Assembly: GCF_020745735.1 (NCBI RefSeq)
Contig: NC_083412.1
Location: forward strand, 59,548,320-59,612,319
DNA: 64,000 nt
Source of the DNA: Hemiscyllium ocellatum
Lineage: Eukaryota
Direction: 5' to 3'
The notes beneath the pieces were generated by a model. The model had not been told where the DNA came from. It saw only the letters and a list, made by a program, of their open reading frames with translations, and did no database searches. The translations under genes were made by a program, and so were the position numbers. Numbering within the stretch: position 1 is the stretch's first letter; every line of letters starts with the position of its first letter. Below, one piece after another: positions 63,521-64,000 of the stretch.

Positions 63521-64000
63521 CTCTGATGAAGCTATTGGTCACCTGCTCTAACTTGTTTGTCTCTGTGCCTAATTTGTGTTTTATGGTGATCTTATAAACA
63601 GCCGAGTTACATTCTATTGCATGAAAGTCACTACATAAATGTAAGTTGACGTTGATTGTTACAGCTTGCCTCCAGTTCCTCCACCATAATAACTCATGAT
63701 GGATACCATGGGACTTCAGCAAGGTAGTCCCAATACTGAGTACTAATACTATTCAAAATTTGGTTTAAATTTGACTGCAATTCTGAAAAAGTGTCAAGAT
63801 AAAATACATTATTTCAGATACTTTGTTTCTTCTCATCAGGTTCCTTAATTATTTCTCATCAAAAGACTGAATACGAGGGAATTAAACTGTGAGTAGAGCG
63901 CTAACTGTCTTCCTTTATTTTCACAACCCATCATTCCTGGACTTCTCAAGCAGATTGGGCTTAAAGCCAATAACAATCTGACTTTTAAAAGTATTAAATT

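Overview
Repeat-rich eukaryotic DNA, most likely from a shark (inferred from HE1-type tRNA-derived SINEs with a (TAGAT)n tail, abundant CR1 LINEs and Penelope-type fold-back ends). Mobile DNA makes up most of the window: a near-intact full-length L1-clade LINE (7450-13251; one ORF2 frameshift; 13-bp TSD at a palindromic site), two 5'-truncated Tx1-clade LINEs, many CR1/L2/RTE/Penelope/Harbinger fragments, two solo LTRs of one family, and a rearranged LTR-retroelement relic with retrovirus-like domain order (gag knuckle, RT thumb, tether, second RNase H, integrase). The one well-supported host gene is on the minus strand: a non-rearranging antigen-receptor-like IgSF gene with a leader exon, a 95-bp intron, a single exon encoding a germline-joined VJ-type domain, and a C1-set exon. 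The C1 exon has a 1-bp deletion and an inactive (AT) donor, so this copy is a pseudogene, a secreted variant or partly an assembly artefact. Weaker minus-strand exon candidates (a TM plus ITIM pair at 19.4-19.7 kb, leader-like and small exons at 24.3-24.7 kb, TM-like and tail exons at 56-59 kb) suggest a small immune-receptor cluster. Repeat boundaries were read by eye and are approximate unless a TSD or splice site is quoted.
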